A stretch of 44,761 nt of DNA from a virus. Location: positions 1 to 44,761 of the IMG/VR virus record IMGVR_UViG_3300045988_103633; one strand, 5' to 3'. This document shows positions 1-7,641 of the stretch, piece after piece (the first letter of the stretch is position 1; every line of letters begins with the position of its first letter). A program made the position numbers and the translations under genes. Below the pieces are notes generated by a model that saw only the letters and a list, made by a program, of their open reading frames with translations, did not search any database and had not been told where the DNA came from.

Positions 1-99
1 ATTCGAAAATGAAGGGTACGACTAAAATCCAAGATGGATTCATAATGCAAGATGTGGAAAATATCGGTTTGGATGCTTCAGGAGCAGAAACAAAAAAAT
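1..99. repeat. Terminal direct repeat, copy 1 (identical to 44663..44761). Indicates a circular or terminally redundant genome closed by an assembly overlap.
   Basis: Direct comparison: bases 1-99 (attcgaaaatgaagggtacg...gcagaaacaaaaaaat) are repeated exactly at 44663-44761. Confidence 0.95.
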
Positions 100-653
100 T
101 TCTTGAAAGCCATATGCGTTTGGCTTACGGTAGCTTTTTATCACAAAGCACGTTGTTTGATGATCAAGGGAAGGAAACAAGCAACTCATCATCTAATTTA
201 ACCGGTGGATATTTAAATCTTACTTTGAAAGATTCGAGCGGTACTTACAACGGAACACTTGATGCGAAAGCCTTAACGAATACAGGTTGGAAAACATTCC
301 GATTAGGGCCGTTGTTTGAGGTTAAAGAAGGAAATCCGCCACAATATAGGATTTTCTATCAATTGGACGGATCAAAACTTGTCAAATTCCGTGGTCAATT
401 TGGTTTGAAATCCGGAAATATGCGAGCAGGGGCAACATATTATCCGTTTAAAACTGAAAACAATGCGAGTTCCGGAGAAAACTACGTTCCGGCAGAAATC
501 ACGCCGGACGTGACAGCGTTCGGATATGGCGCAACAAGCACGGCGCAAGGCGGACGACTTGCAGCCACCACCTCAAGAAACATTTTGCTTTTCCCGGCAT
601 CCGATACATCTTATTGTTCGTTAGAAGCATTCCAATACATTATCGAACGTTAA
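1..653 (+). CDS. 3' end (receptor-binding head region) of the giant tail fibre gene that starts at 39304. The ORF-track entry 9..653 is only an internal Met.
   Basis: Position 9 corresponds to 44671, which is in the same frame as ATG 39304. That frame is open from 39304 to the window end by my manual translation. Stop TAA is at 651-653. Confidence 0.85.
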   Translation, partial: SKMKGTTKIQDGFIMQDVENIGLDASGAETKKFLESHMRLAYGSFLSQSTLFDDQGKETSNSSSNLTGGYLNLTLKDSSGTYNGTLDAKALTNTGWKTFRLGPLFEVKEGNPPQYRIFYQLDGSKLVKFRGQFGLKSGNMRAGATYYPFKTENNASSGENYVPAEITPDVTAFGYGATSTAQGGRLAATTSRNILLFPASDTSYCSLEAFQYIIER

Positions 654-673
654 AAGCGATTCTCTTTTTAATG

Positions 674-682
674 TGGCATAAT
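674..682 (+). promoter_or_regulatory. Candidate extended -10 promoter (TGgCATAAT) downstream of the fibre stop, ahead of the lysis cassette
   Basis: Sequence tgtggcataat. No clear -35 element. Confidence 0.35.
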
Positions 683-783
683 GAAAAGGAAAGGAGGTGA
701 AAGCCTATGCATTACACGAACAACTCAGTCGATGAAAGAGGGAAACCGGTATAGTAACAATCTGGGTTTTCCCCAATCCGGAT

Positions 784-799
784 TGTTTCATGTGGAACA
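784..799. promoter_or_regulatory. Palindrome copy a (TGTTTCATGTGGAACA) of the dispersed TGTTNCA-YR-TGNAACA motif
   Basis: 7-2-7 inverted repeat. It ends 2 nt before the GGAGG Shine-Dalgarno and 17 nt before GTG 816. Confidence 0.8.
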
Positions 800-815
800 A
801 TCGGAGGTGAAAAAA

Positions 816-1220
816 GTGAAACGAGATAACAGACTAAGTTATAAAGTCGGATTTGTTTCCTTTTTTTATTGGCTATTTGTATATATCTATCCAACGGAAC
901 GCCTCATTTCCCCGGATGGGATTCCGTTGAATGGGATTGGTTTGATAATTGATAATTTTAGCGATGGTTTTGTTTCTCTTTTTGTCATGATGGTTGCATC
1001 CCTTTACTTGGTGGCCATCTATGCATCAAAAGAAAAACTAAGGATCGTTATGGCCGGCATTTTGTTTGGCGTATGGGTTACGTCAACAAGTGCGATGGTT
1101 TGGTGGGCTTTCATGCGTGGCCTGGTTTCGCCATCATTAGCAATCTACGCCGGATATTGTGTTTCAATTTTCATTGATATTCGGACGGGGGTTGATAATA
1201 AATGGATTGGCAAAAAATAG
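816..1220 (+). CDS. Membrane protein with about 4 predicted TM helices, first gene of the lysis region. Function unknown.
   Basis: The GTG at 816 is preceded by GGAGGTG (803-809) and is in frame with ORF-track 681..1220. Hydrophobic runs: VGFVSFFYWLFVYIY, GFVSLFVMMVASLYLVAIYA, IVMAGILFGVWVTSTSAMVWWAF, LAIYAGYCVSIFIDI. ATG 681 has no RBS. Confidence 0.6.
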   Translation: MKRDNRLSYKVGFVSFFYWLFVYIYPTERLISPDGIPLNGIGLIIDNFSDGFVSLFVMMVASLYLVAIYASKEKLRIVMAGILFGVWVTSTSAMVWWAFMRGLVSPSLAIYAGYCVSIFIDIRTGVDNKWIGKK

Positions 1221-1588
1221 TTTTGGCCATAATCGCAATGATTTCCGGATCATATGGGGTCATTACAGGTTTCATCAACTACAAAAAAGATGTTAACAAG
1301 GGAAGAAACCAACGTGATCAAATAGCGTGGGAAACGATGGAAAAACAGTACAGAAACCTTGAAAAAAGTTATGATGATCTATCGAGAAAAGTTTCACAGC
1401 TAGAAAAAAAGTTGGATGAATTCCGGGAGGAAAACACAGCGAAAGACAAAATCATTTTAGAAAAAGATCGAATCATAATGAAAAAAGATGGCGAAATCGA
1501 AGACTTGAAAGAAGAGGTTTCCGATCTTAAAAAGACAAATAAAGCGTTGAGAGTTAAAATGGCAGAGATGGGAGGTGTCAAAACGTGA
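1202..1588 (+). CDS. N-terminal TM anchor plus long coiled-coil protein (128 aa), lysis-region accessory protein
   Basis: Translation has IVLAIIAMISGSYGVITGFI followed by a heptad-rich, charged segment (KVSQLEKKLDEFREENTAKDK...). It overlaps both neighbouring genes, suggesting translational coupling. Confidence 0.65.
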   Translation: MDWQKIVLAIIAMISGSYGVITGFINYKKDVNKGRNQRDQIAWETMEKQYRNLEKSYDDLSRKVSQLEKKLDEFREENTAKDKIILEKDRIIMKKDGEIEDLKEEVSDLKKTNKALRVKMAEMGGVKT

Positions 1589-1830
1589 AAGATCAGATCA
1601 TGAAAATGTTTAATTTGTCGGATGTTGCTTATAACCGTTTGAAATGGACAGTAAGCATTGTTTTGCCGGCAATCATCACTTTTTTCGGAATTCTAGGTCA
1701 AACAATGGGTTGGGATTTCACTGATAAAGTGATCACGATTGGAACGGCTTTCGTTGCAATGTTAGGGATCATTTTGGGAATTTCAACAAACGAATACAAC
1801 AAAAACGAAGAAAACAAAAAAGATGAATAA
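1585..1830 (+). CDS. Holin, phage phi-LC3 holin family-like (Phage_holin_1)
   Basis: 81 aa. Contains AYNRLKWTVSIVLPAIITFFGILG and a second TM segment (IGTAFVAMLGIILGIS), then a charged C-terminus. Sits immediately upstream of the endolysin. GTG start is 6-7 nt after GGAGGTG. Confidence 0.8.
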   Translation: MKDQIMKMFNLSDVAYNRLKWTVSIVLPAIITFFGILGQTMGWDFTDKVITIGTAFVAMLGIILGISTNEYNKNEENKKDE

Positions 1831-1845
1831 GGGAGGAAAAAGAAA

Positions 1846-2847
1846 ATGGCAGGAGAAGTTTTTAGCAAATTGATTACAAGCGTGAATCCAAAAATCATGA
1901 ATGCCAGCAGTCGAAACGGCATGAAGATTGATCGGATCATCATCCATCACAATGCAACAACGAACAAAGATGTCGCAATGGACACATGGGTAAAAGGTGG
2001 ACCGGCAGGAACATCCGCACATTATGAATGCACACCAGATGAAATCATTGGTTGCGTAGGCGAACAATATGCAGCATGGCACGCAGGAGGAACAGGCGGA
2101 TCAGACATCCCTAGAATTTCAAACCCTAATCAACGATCGATTGGTATTGAAAACGTCAATTCAAGCGGTGCGCCTAATTGGTCAGTTGATCCACGTACAA
2201 TCAGAAATTGTGCGAAATTAGTTGCTGACATTTGTAAACGATACAATATTCCATTGGATCGAAAACACGTATTAGGACATAACGAAGTAACAGCGACAGC
2301 TTGTCCGGGTGGAATAAACGTTGATGAAGTTGTCCGATTGGCGAAAGAGTACGCAAAAGGTGCGAGCGATTCAAATGTTGCACAAGAACAAAAGCCAAGC
2401 AAACCAACAACAAAAACGCATGATCAAATCATCGCTGAAAGTAAACCGAAAAAAGTCGGCAGATATGTTGGCAAATTGGAAAAATTCAATGAGTTTAAGT
2501 TAGGGATTTTCCGTATTGCTGGTTGGTTAGTTCCTACGGAGGGAGCGCCAGCTTTAAATTATGGTTTTGTTTTTTGGAAAGAAGCAGGAACAGGAAAAGA
2601 AATTGGCCGTTGTCCGTCGAAAGGCATCGTAAGAAACGACGTCAACAAAGCATACGGATTGCCTAACGGTTTGAAATTCGGCCTTGATGGTACGCTAGAC
2701 ATCAAGAAATTTGCAGGCAAGAAAGTATATCCATGTTTGCGCAGAACGAACGATAAAGCAGGAAACAGCATTGCAGGCAAACCAAACGGCAATGGTTGGA
2801 TCGATATCGAGTTTCCGGAATACGTTTTGACAATTCCGAAAAGATAG
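1846..2847 (+). CDS. Endolysin: N-acetylmuramoyl-L-alanine amidase (Amidase_2/PGRP fold) with an uncharacterised C-terminal cell-wall-binding region
   Basis: N-terminal motifs IIIHHNAT, SAHY, AWHAG, SIGIEN, VLGHNEV..TACPG are typical of Amidase_2. A linker (QEQKPSKPTTK) is followed by about 140 aa with no motif I recognise. Confidence 0.85.
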   Translation: MAGEVFSKLITSVNPKIMNASSRNGMKIDRIIIHHNATTNKDVAMDTWVKGGPAGTSAHYECTPDEIIGCVGEQYAAWHAGGTGGSDIPRISNPNQRSIGIENVNSSGAPNWSVDPRTIRNCAKLVADICKRYNIPLDRKHVLGHNEVTATACPGGINVDEVVRLAKEYAKGASDSNVAQEQKPSKPTTKTHDQIIAESKPKKVGRYVGKLEKFNEFKLGIFRIAGWLVPTEGAPALNYGFVFWKEAGTGKEIGRCPSKGIVRNDVNKAYGLPNGLKFGLDGTLDIKKFAGKKVYPCLRRTNDKAGNSIAGKPNGNGWIDIEFPEYVLTIPKR

Positions 2848-2901
2848 TTTATTCTTTGTTTTGTTATAATAATTGGCATGTTACTTCCTAAGTGAAAAGT
2901 T

Positions 2902-2930
2902 CGGTCAGAAATGGCCGTTCTTTTTTTATT
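2902..2930 (+). terminator. Weak candidate intrinsic terminator after the lysis cassette
   Basis: Short stem cggtc/ggccg (one G-U pair) followed by ttctttttttatttattttt. The stem is weak. Confidence 0.4.
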
Positions 2931-2950
2931 TATTTTTATGTAATAAATTG

Positions 2951-2979
2951 TTGCAAATTGTAACATATCATGATATACT
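2951..2979 (+). promoter_or_regulatory. Early promoter P1: TTGCAA-17 nt-TATACT with an extended -10 TG
   Basis: ttgcaa (2951-2956), 17-nt spacer ending in tga, then tatact (2974-2979). Same layout as P2 and P3. Confidence 0.7.
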
Positions 2980-3008
2980 TAATTCATAAAGTTAAGGAGG
3001 AAAAACAA

Positions 3009-3245
3009 ATGAAAAAAGTAGAAGTTAACGGATATTTCAATTTATACAAATGCAAAGATGGGTTTTGGGATGGTGCTTTCGTTTGGTCAAACACTGATTA
3101 TTCGGCTCTATACACATTTTTAGTTGATGTGGATAGCATGGAAAAATTGGGTTACGACTACGAAGGATATAGACTTGTAGAGGTCAACGGCATCCGATGC
3201 ATTCCAATGACATTTTCAAATGCAGAAGTCGAAAGAGTTTGCTAA
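3009..3245 (+). CDS. Hypothetical small early protein (78 aa)
   Basis: ATG is 8 nt after AAGGAGG. First gene after P1. In frame with ORF-track 2970..3245. Confidence 0.7.
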   Translation: MKKVEVNGYFNLYKCKDGFWDGAFVWSNTDYSALYTFLVDVDSMEKLGYDYEGYRLVEVNGIRCIPMTFSNAEVERVC

Positions 3246-3254
3246 AAAATAAAT

Positions 3255-3274
3255 GCCGGGTGTAAAAACCCGGC
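3255..3274. terminator. GC-rich stem-loop (GCCGGGT-gtaaaa-ACCCGGC). The U-run is on the minus-strand side only. Possible attenuator or RNA stabiliser.
   Basis: Perfect 7-bp stem. The plus strand lacks a T-run after it. The minus strand reads hairpin + ATTTATTTTTT. Confidence 0.4.
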
Positions 3275-3291
3275 TCTCTAGGAGGTAAAAA

Positions 3292-3507
3292 ATGAAACCT
3301 GATGTAACTTTGGAAAAGTACAAAGAAATTATTTCGGGGTGTGATCATCAGGAATTGCACATCGAAGCAAAAGGATTTTTGAATGGTGGAATAAACGAAC
3401 ACAACGAGGCATATGCGATCGCTCTATATGGGCGGTTATGTATGTTAGGCAGCTGGATTTCGGCATTATTAGGGGAGGAAATAGAGAAATGGAAAGAAAA
3501 CAAGTAA
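3292..3507 (+). CDS. Hypothetical small early protein (71 aa)
   Basis: ATG is 8 nt after AGGAGG. ORF track entry. Confidence 0.7.
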   Translation: MKPDVTLEKYKEIISGCDHQELHIEAKGFLNGGINEHNEAYAIALYGRLCMLGSWISALLGEEIEKWKENK

Positions 3508-3692
3508 ACACAGCAAGAATTCGTGTACAAATGAAAATGAGAGGGGAAACAGATGAAACGATGGCGAAGCGTTTAAATGTTTCACGTGTAACATACAACA
3601 AATTGATCAATAACAAATATGTTTCCGGAAACGCCGATGCTTATATCGAGACCATCGAAAAAATTCTTGGAATGGATCAAAATATCAGATAA
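3489..3692 (+). CDS. Small HTH DNA-binding protein (Cro/XRE-like, 67 aa)
   Basis: ATG 3489 follows GGGGAGG. The segment ETMAKRLNVSRVTYNKLINN reads as helix-turn-helix. In frame with ORF-track 3438..3692. Confidence 0.7.
   Translation: MERKQVNTARIRVQMKMRGETDETMAKRLNVSRVTYNKLINNKYVSGNADAYIETIEKILGMDQNIR
3578..3593. promoter_or_regulatory. Palindrome copy g (TGTTTCACGTGTAACA), inside the HTH gene
   Basis: Exact 16-mer, also present at 34447..34462. Confidence 0.7.
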
Positions 3693-3709
3693 AAAAAGGA
3701 GAATGAAAG

Positions 3710-4714
3710 ATGATAGATTTTGGAAAAGTAAACGAAAACATTTTGCACACACAGGATGGCAAAGAAACAAAAGAATACACTTACAGCGCAACTGATGGCG
3801 AACGTGGGATGTCAGATGAAGAAGTTTTGATGTTTCAACTACACAAAGAAAACGATGAACTGAAAAAAATGATCGAGGAATCGAATCAAGTGATCGATCA
3901 AGCAGGCATGATAAAATCGCTTGCAAAGATGGCGCAAAAGATCGCAAAAGTGATCGAGCAAACAAAAACGATTGAAAAATCCGGTTGGAACAGTTTTCAC
4001 AAATACGAATATGCAACAGAATCAGATGTGAAAAAAGGCGTTAGAAACGTAATGGCCGAAAATAAACTGATTTTGATGAACAACGTCAAAAAGTACGAAG
4101 AAAACATCGTTCAGACGAAAAACGGCGGAAAAGAATCACAAGTGAAATTACACATCGAATATACTTTGATCGATACAGAAACAGGATTCTCAAAAACATT
4201 CACAAAGATCGGCGTGGGTCAAGATGCAGGCGATAAAGCTTTCTACAAAGCCGAAACAGGCGCTTTGAAATACGCTTTGACAACATTGTTCTTGCTTCCT
4301 AGTGGCGATGGCGATCCGGAAATCAATAGCCAGGAAAACGATGGCACAGATGCCAAAAGCAAACCGCAAGAAAAAGACTTACTGAAAATGAAAACAACAG
4401 CCGAATTCATTTTGAAGGCAACAAAATTAGAACAGCAAAAAACAATAGTCGGATTTTTGCAAGACGTAGCCAACAAAAACAATATTTTAGATGAAAAAGG
4501 CAATGCGAAAAATCCGGATGATTTAACGGTGGCAGACGTGGCCAAAATGAACAATTATCTTTCTAAGTGGAAATTGAAGGTCATTGATGATCTGAAAACA
4601 CAGCAAAAACAAAACGAACAAATGGATAGAGAGAGAATGCAACAGCAAACAGAACGACAACATCAACAAGCAAAACAACAAAAAGATGCAAAAAGCATTT
4701 TCGGGGGTAGATAA
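3710..4714 (+). CDS. erf: ERF-family single-strand annealing recombinase
   Basis: SGWNSFHKYEYATESDVKKGVRNVMAENKLIL ... GQDAGDKAFYKAETGALKYAL matches the conserved ERF core. The C-terminal tail is Q/K-rich and low-complexity. Confidence 0.75.
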   Translation: MIDFGKVNENILHTQDGKETKEYTYSATDGERGMSDEEVLMFQLHKENDELKKMIEESNQVIDQAGMIKSLAKMAQKIAKVIEQTKTIEKSGWNSFHKYEYATESDVKKGVRNVMAENKLILMNNVKKYEENIVQTKNGGKESQVKLHIEYTLIDTETGFSKTFTKIGVGQDAGDKAFYKAETGALKYALTTLFLLPSGDGDPEINSQENDGTDAKSKPQEKDLLKMKTTAEFILKATKLEQQKTIVGFLQDVANKNNILDEKGNAKNPDDLTVADVAKMNNYLSKWKLKVIDDLKTQQKQNEQMDRERMQQQTERQHQQAKQQKDAKSIFGGR

Positions 4715-4716
4715 TA

Positions 4717-5763
4717 ATGGCAAACGAAATTCAAAAACAAGATAACAACATTGCAGACGTTTTGAAAATGGAGATCACGCCGGCCGTGATCTCTTTCCCA
4801 GGGGAAAAAGAATTGCGTGCTTATTTAGATGCAGAAATGAAAAAATATAAAAGCCTGGTAATCACTGATGAAAATATCAGCGATGCTAAAAAAGCGAAAA
4901 CGTATTTAAACAAAATGAAAAAGGCGTTAAACGATGCCAGAATTCAAAAAGAACGTGAAGTGATGCAACCTTTTAACGAATTCAAAACATCAATCGAAGC
5001 GTTGATCAAACAGCTTGATCAAACCATCGATCCAATTGATCAAAAAATCAAAGAAGCGGATATATTGGCAAGAGAGCAGAAGAAAGAGAAAATCAAAAAA
5101 GAGATCATGGAAATAATAGATGGCCACGGTATCACAGAAGAAGAAGCAGGTTTTTTCGAGATCGAACCGAAGTGGTTAAACAAAACGGCAAAGATGAAAG
5201 ATATTAGAGAATCACTTGTCATGCAAGCAAGATCATATTTGCAACAAAAGAAGGAATACGAAGACGGCGTAAAACTTATCCACAACCTATCCAAAACGCT
5301 TGACGTGACAGAAGACAATTACATCGAACTTTTCAAAGACGGCATGAGCATTGATGATGTTTTAGCTTTTATGAAAAGAGAGAAAGAAAATCGAGATCAA
5401 TTGCGAGAAAAAGAAGAGAAGAAGCGCCAGGAAGAAGAGCTAAGAAAATCCCAGGAAGAACAAACAAAACAAGAAGAACAGCCCGATCCAGATTTCGATT
5501 ATTTGGGCGGTATTGATCCGGAAGAGTACAAAGAGAAAAAAACAGATACACAATTCGACTTTGCTAGTTTGAAAGATTTCGATTTTGAAACAGGAGAAGT
5601 CTTTGAGAATGATTTGCCGGAAATAGAAAGTGACGTTCAAACGGTCACTTTGAAACTAAGCGGAACATATGAAAATTTAGAGCGTTTGAATAACGTTATG
5701 CAAGATTTAGGAATTTCATCCGAATTGATCGATCTTGCAAATGATTATGTACGTATCAGATAA
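4717..5763 (+). CDS. DUF1351-family phage protein (recombination-module partner of ERF/RecT in Firmicutes phages)
   Basis: N-terminal ITPAVISFPGEKELRAYLDAEMKKYKSLVITDENISDAKKAKTYLNKMKKALNDARI resembles DUF1351. Position is directly after erf. Confidence 0.6.
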   Translation: MANEIQKQDNNIADVLKMEITPAVISFPGEKELRAYLDAEMKKYKSLVITDENISDAKKAKTYLNKMKKALNDARIQKEREVMQPFNEFKTSIEALIKQLDQTIDPIDQKIKEADILAREQKKEKIKKEIMEIIDGHGITEEEAGFFEIEPKWLNKTAKMKDIRESLVMQARSYLQQKKEYEDGVKLIHNLSKTLDVTEDNYIELFKDGMSIDDVLAFMKREKENRDQLREKEEKKRQEEELRKSQEEQTKQEEQPDPDFDYLGGIDPEEYKEKKTDTQFDFASLKDFDFETGEVFENDLPEIESDVQTVTLKLSGTYENLERLNNVMQDLGISSELIDLANDYVRIR

Positions 5764-5786
5764 ACCATTCAAATTTGGAACGTTTT

Positions 5787-5819
5787 CCGGCCGATTTGGC
5801 GTTTTAAACGTCCGGCCGG
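5787..5819. other. GC-only stem-loop (CCGGCCG ... CGGCCGG) in the gap between the DUF1351 and HNH genes
   Basis: 7-bp G/C stem with a 19-nt loop and no U-run. Confidence 0.3.
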
Positions 5820-5872
5820 CGAATTATTCATGAAAAGAGTAAAACGGCTTAAAAACGAAAAGAGGTGGCATT

Positions 5873-6550
5873 TTGAGCATTGGGAAAATAATCGGTAAAA
5901 ACGAAAAATATTTGATGATCAAAATGGATGAAGATATAAACGAAAACTACATGAAGTTGCTTGCAGATGGCGGAAGCAATTGGATCGATGTCCGGTTGAT
6001 CGATAACCGACCGCGGTCAGTGGTACAGAATGCGTTGTCTCATGCGCTTATTCGAGATATTGCAAGAAGCCAGCTAGATGATCCACGCTATATCGAAGAA
6101 GTGTTGAAATACGAATTTTATGAACGTACCGGCATCGACTTCTTTCATTCAGTGGCAACTGTAGACGAAGCCAGAAAATGGATTTCGTTTTTGATTGATC
6201 TCATGCTTGAGTTTCGCATTCCATTCAAAAAACGATACGCCTATCTTTTTGAGGATTCGACATGGTTTTATCAAGCGTGCAAACATCGTGTTTGCGCCGT
6301 TTGTGGAAAAGAACATGCAGATATCCATCACATAACGGCCGTAGGCAACAGAAAAAGAAAATTAGTCGATCATCGATTGTTTCCGATGGTAGCACTTTGC
6401 AGGGAGCATCATCAAAAAGCGCATGAATTAGGTCAAATATTGTTTATTAAGCAATTCAAAATTATCCCGGTTTATTTATCGGGCATTGATCTCGTTAAGA
6501 TCGGCATCATGTCAAATGCGCAAATTAAAAGATTGGATGAGGTGGTTTGA
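5873..6550 (+). CDS. Putative HNH-type nuclease (phage 'putative HNHc nuclease' family)
   Basis: C-terminal CAVCGKEHADIHHITAVGNRKRK...LCREHHQKAHELG (Cys pair plus HH...HH..H). TTG start is 4 nt after AGAGGTGG, so the start is uncertain. Confidence 0.65.
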   Translation: MSIGKIIGKNEKYLMIKMDEDINENYMKLLADGGSNWIDVRLIDNRPRSVVQNALSHALIRDIARSQLDDPRYIEEVLKYEFYERTGIDFFHSVATVDEARKWISFLIDLMLEFRIPFKKRYAYLFEDSTWFYQACKHRVCAVCGKEHADIHHITAVGNRKRKLVDHRLFPMVALCREHHQKAHELGQILFIKQFKIIPVYLSGIDLVKIGIMSNAQIKRLDEVV

Positions 6551-6915
6551 TGGAAAAGAGAATGGAAGCATTAGTGTTGATCGATTTTGCCAGGTACAAA
6601 AAGGATTTATACAAGACGAAAAAGAGACTTGAAGCATTTGCAGATTTTTTGTTTAGTGTACACGATGAATATATGCAATTTTCGGCAGTTAATTATCTAG
6701 GGAAAACGATAGCAAGAGAATATTTCCCGGAAGAATTGAAAGACGATTTGCATGCCATCGTAAAAAATGCGATCGAAGGAATCAACAAAGAGATCGATCA
6801 AGCGGAAATGATTATTCAGAATTATCGAGCAGACGAAGCAAGCGAAGTTTTGAATGCTTATAACAAAGCTAGAATCAGAAGTGAAAAAATAAAAAGAAAA
6901 GGCGGTTTGGTGTGA
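6550..6915 (+). CDS. Hypothetical protein (121 aa)
   Basis: TGATG stop/start overlap with the upstream gene. ORF track 6547..6915. Confidence 0.65.
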   Translation: MEKRMEALVLIDFARYKKDLYKTKKRLEAFADFLFSVHDEYMQFSAVNYLGKTIAREYFPEELKDDLHAIVKNAIEGINKEIDQAEMIIQNYRADEASEVLNAYNKARIRSEKIKRKGGLV

Positions 6916-7229
6916 TGAAACAAAAAATATCGAATGAACGAAAATACGTGCTGATTTCAAATAGAAATAAAGGCGATAAAGATAAATTGTTGTTTTGGGG
7001 TCAATTGACATGGGATGATGAACAGCGAAGCTTTTCGGGATATACTCACGATTTCACTACGTGTGAAAGATACACGTTGGAAGAAATTCAAAAAGCTAAC
7101 TTCCCGAAAGAATATTTGGAAAAATTCAATCTCGAAGATTGGGTGGATTTTAAAGGCGAAACATTTTATTGTACCGCATTAGAATTGATCGAAATCATGG
7201 GAGCGCCTAAGACTGTTTTTGTTTATTAA
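6915..7229 (+). CDS. Hypothetical protein (104 aa)
   Basis: TGATG stop/start overlap. ORF track 6912..7229. Confidence 0.65.
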   Translation: MKQKISNERKYVLISNRNKGDKDKLLFWGQLTWDDEQRSFSGYTHDFTTCERYTLEEIQKANFPKEYLEKFNLEDWVDFKGETFYCTALELIEIMGAPKTVFVY

Positions 7230-7233
7230 TAGC

Positions 7234-7273
7234 AAAGGCCATCTTTCTTGAAAAAAGAAATTTGGCTTTTTTT
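7234..7273 (+). terminator. Intrinsic terminator ending the first early transcription unit
   Basis: Stem aaaggccatctttctt / aagaaatttggcttt with a 2-nt internal mismatch, followed by a T7 run. Confidence 0.7.
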
Positions 7274-7283
7274 AATATTTTAC

Positions 7284-7338
7284 TTGTGCAATCAGTTATA
7301 CAATGATACAATGATCTTGTGAGCAACTGATTGCACAA
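7284..7338 (+). promoter_or_regulatory. Early promoter P2 (TTGTGC-17 nt-TACAAT, extended -10), bracketed by a perfect 14-bp inverted repeat
   Basis: -35 at 7284-7289, -10 at 7307-7312. TTGTGCAATCAGTT (7284-7297) is the exact reverse complement of AACTGATTGCACAA (7325-7338). Confidence 0.75.
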
Positions 7339-7354
7339 AAGGAGGGGGATGAAC

Positions 7355-7540
7355 ATGGCAAACAAAGTGGATCGTATTGAGTTAGAAAAAATGCGACTAG
7401 ACAGCGGAAAAGAGTGGAAAGAGATTGCCGAAGAAGTTGGCATGACAAAGTATTATCTTTCAAGATTGATCAATGGTGGAACAGGTCAAGAAGCCATTGA
7501 TAAATGGTTGCCAAAAATCAAAAACGCTTTGAAGCGATAA
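7355..7540 (+). CDS. Small HTH DNA-binding protein (61 aa)
   Basis: ATG is 9 nt after GGAGG. The segment KEIAEEVGMTKYYLSRLINGG reads as helix-turn-helix. In frame with ORF-track 7331..7540. Confidence 0.7.
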   Translation: MANKVDRIELEKMRLDSGKEWKEIAEEVGMTKYYLSRLINGGTGQEAIDKWLPKIKNALKR

Positions 7541-7641
7541 AATCGTTTCTAAGACGTTTTAAAGTGTTTTGGGGTAATCATCCATGAAACGGATTAAAAC
7601 GCCGGAAACAAAAAAAGAAGTGGGAGAGGGAACGAAATAAC

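Noticed and set aside
681-815. ATG 681 as the start of the first lysis-region membrane protein
   Set aside because: The ATG overlaps the putative -10 box and has no RBS. The first 45 codons are hydrophilic and contain the palindrome. GTG 816 has a GGAGGTG at proper spacing. Retained only as an alternative.
3255-3274. Stem-loop after 3245 as a plus-strand intrinsic terminator
   Set aside because: The 7-bp GC stem is perfect but no U-run follows on the plus strand. The U-run is on the minus strand, where there is no gene to terminate. Kept only as a low-confidence structure.
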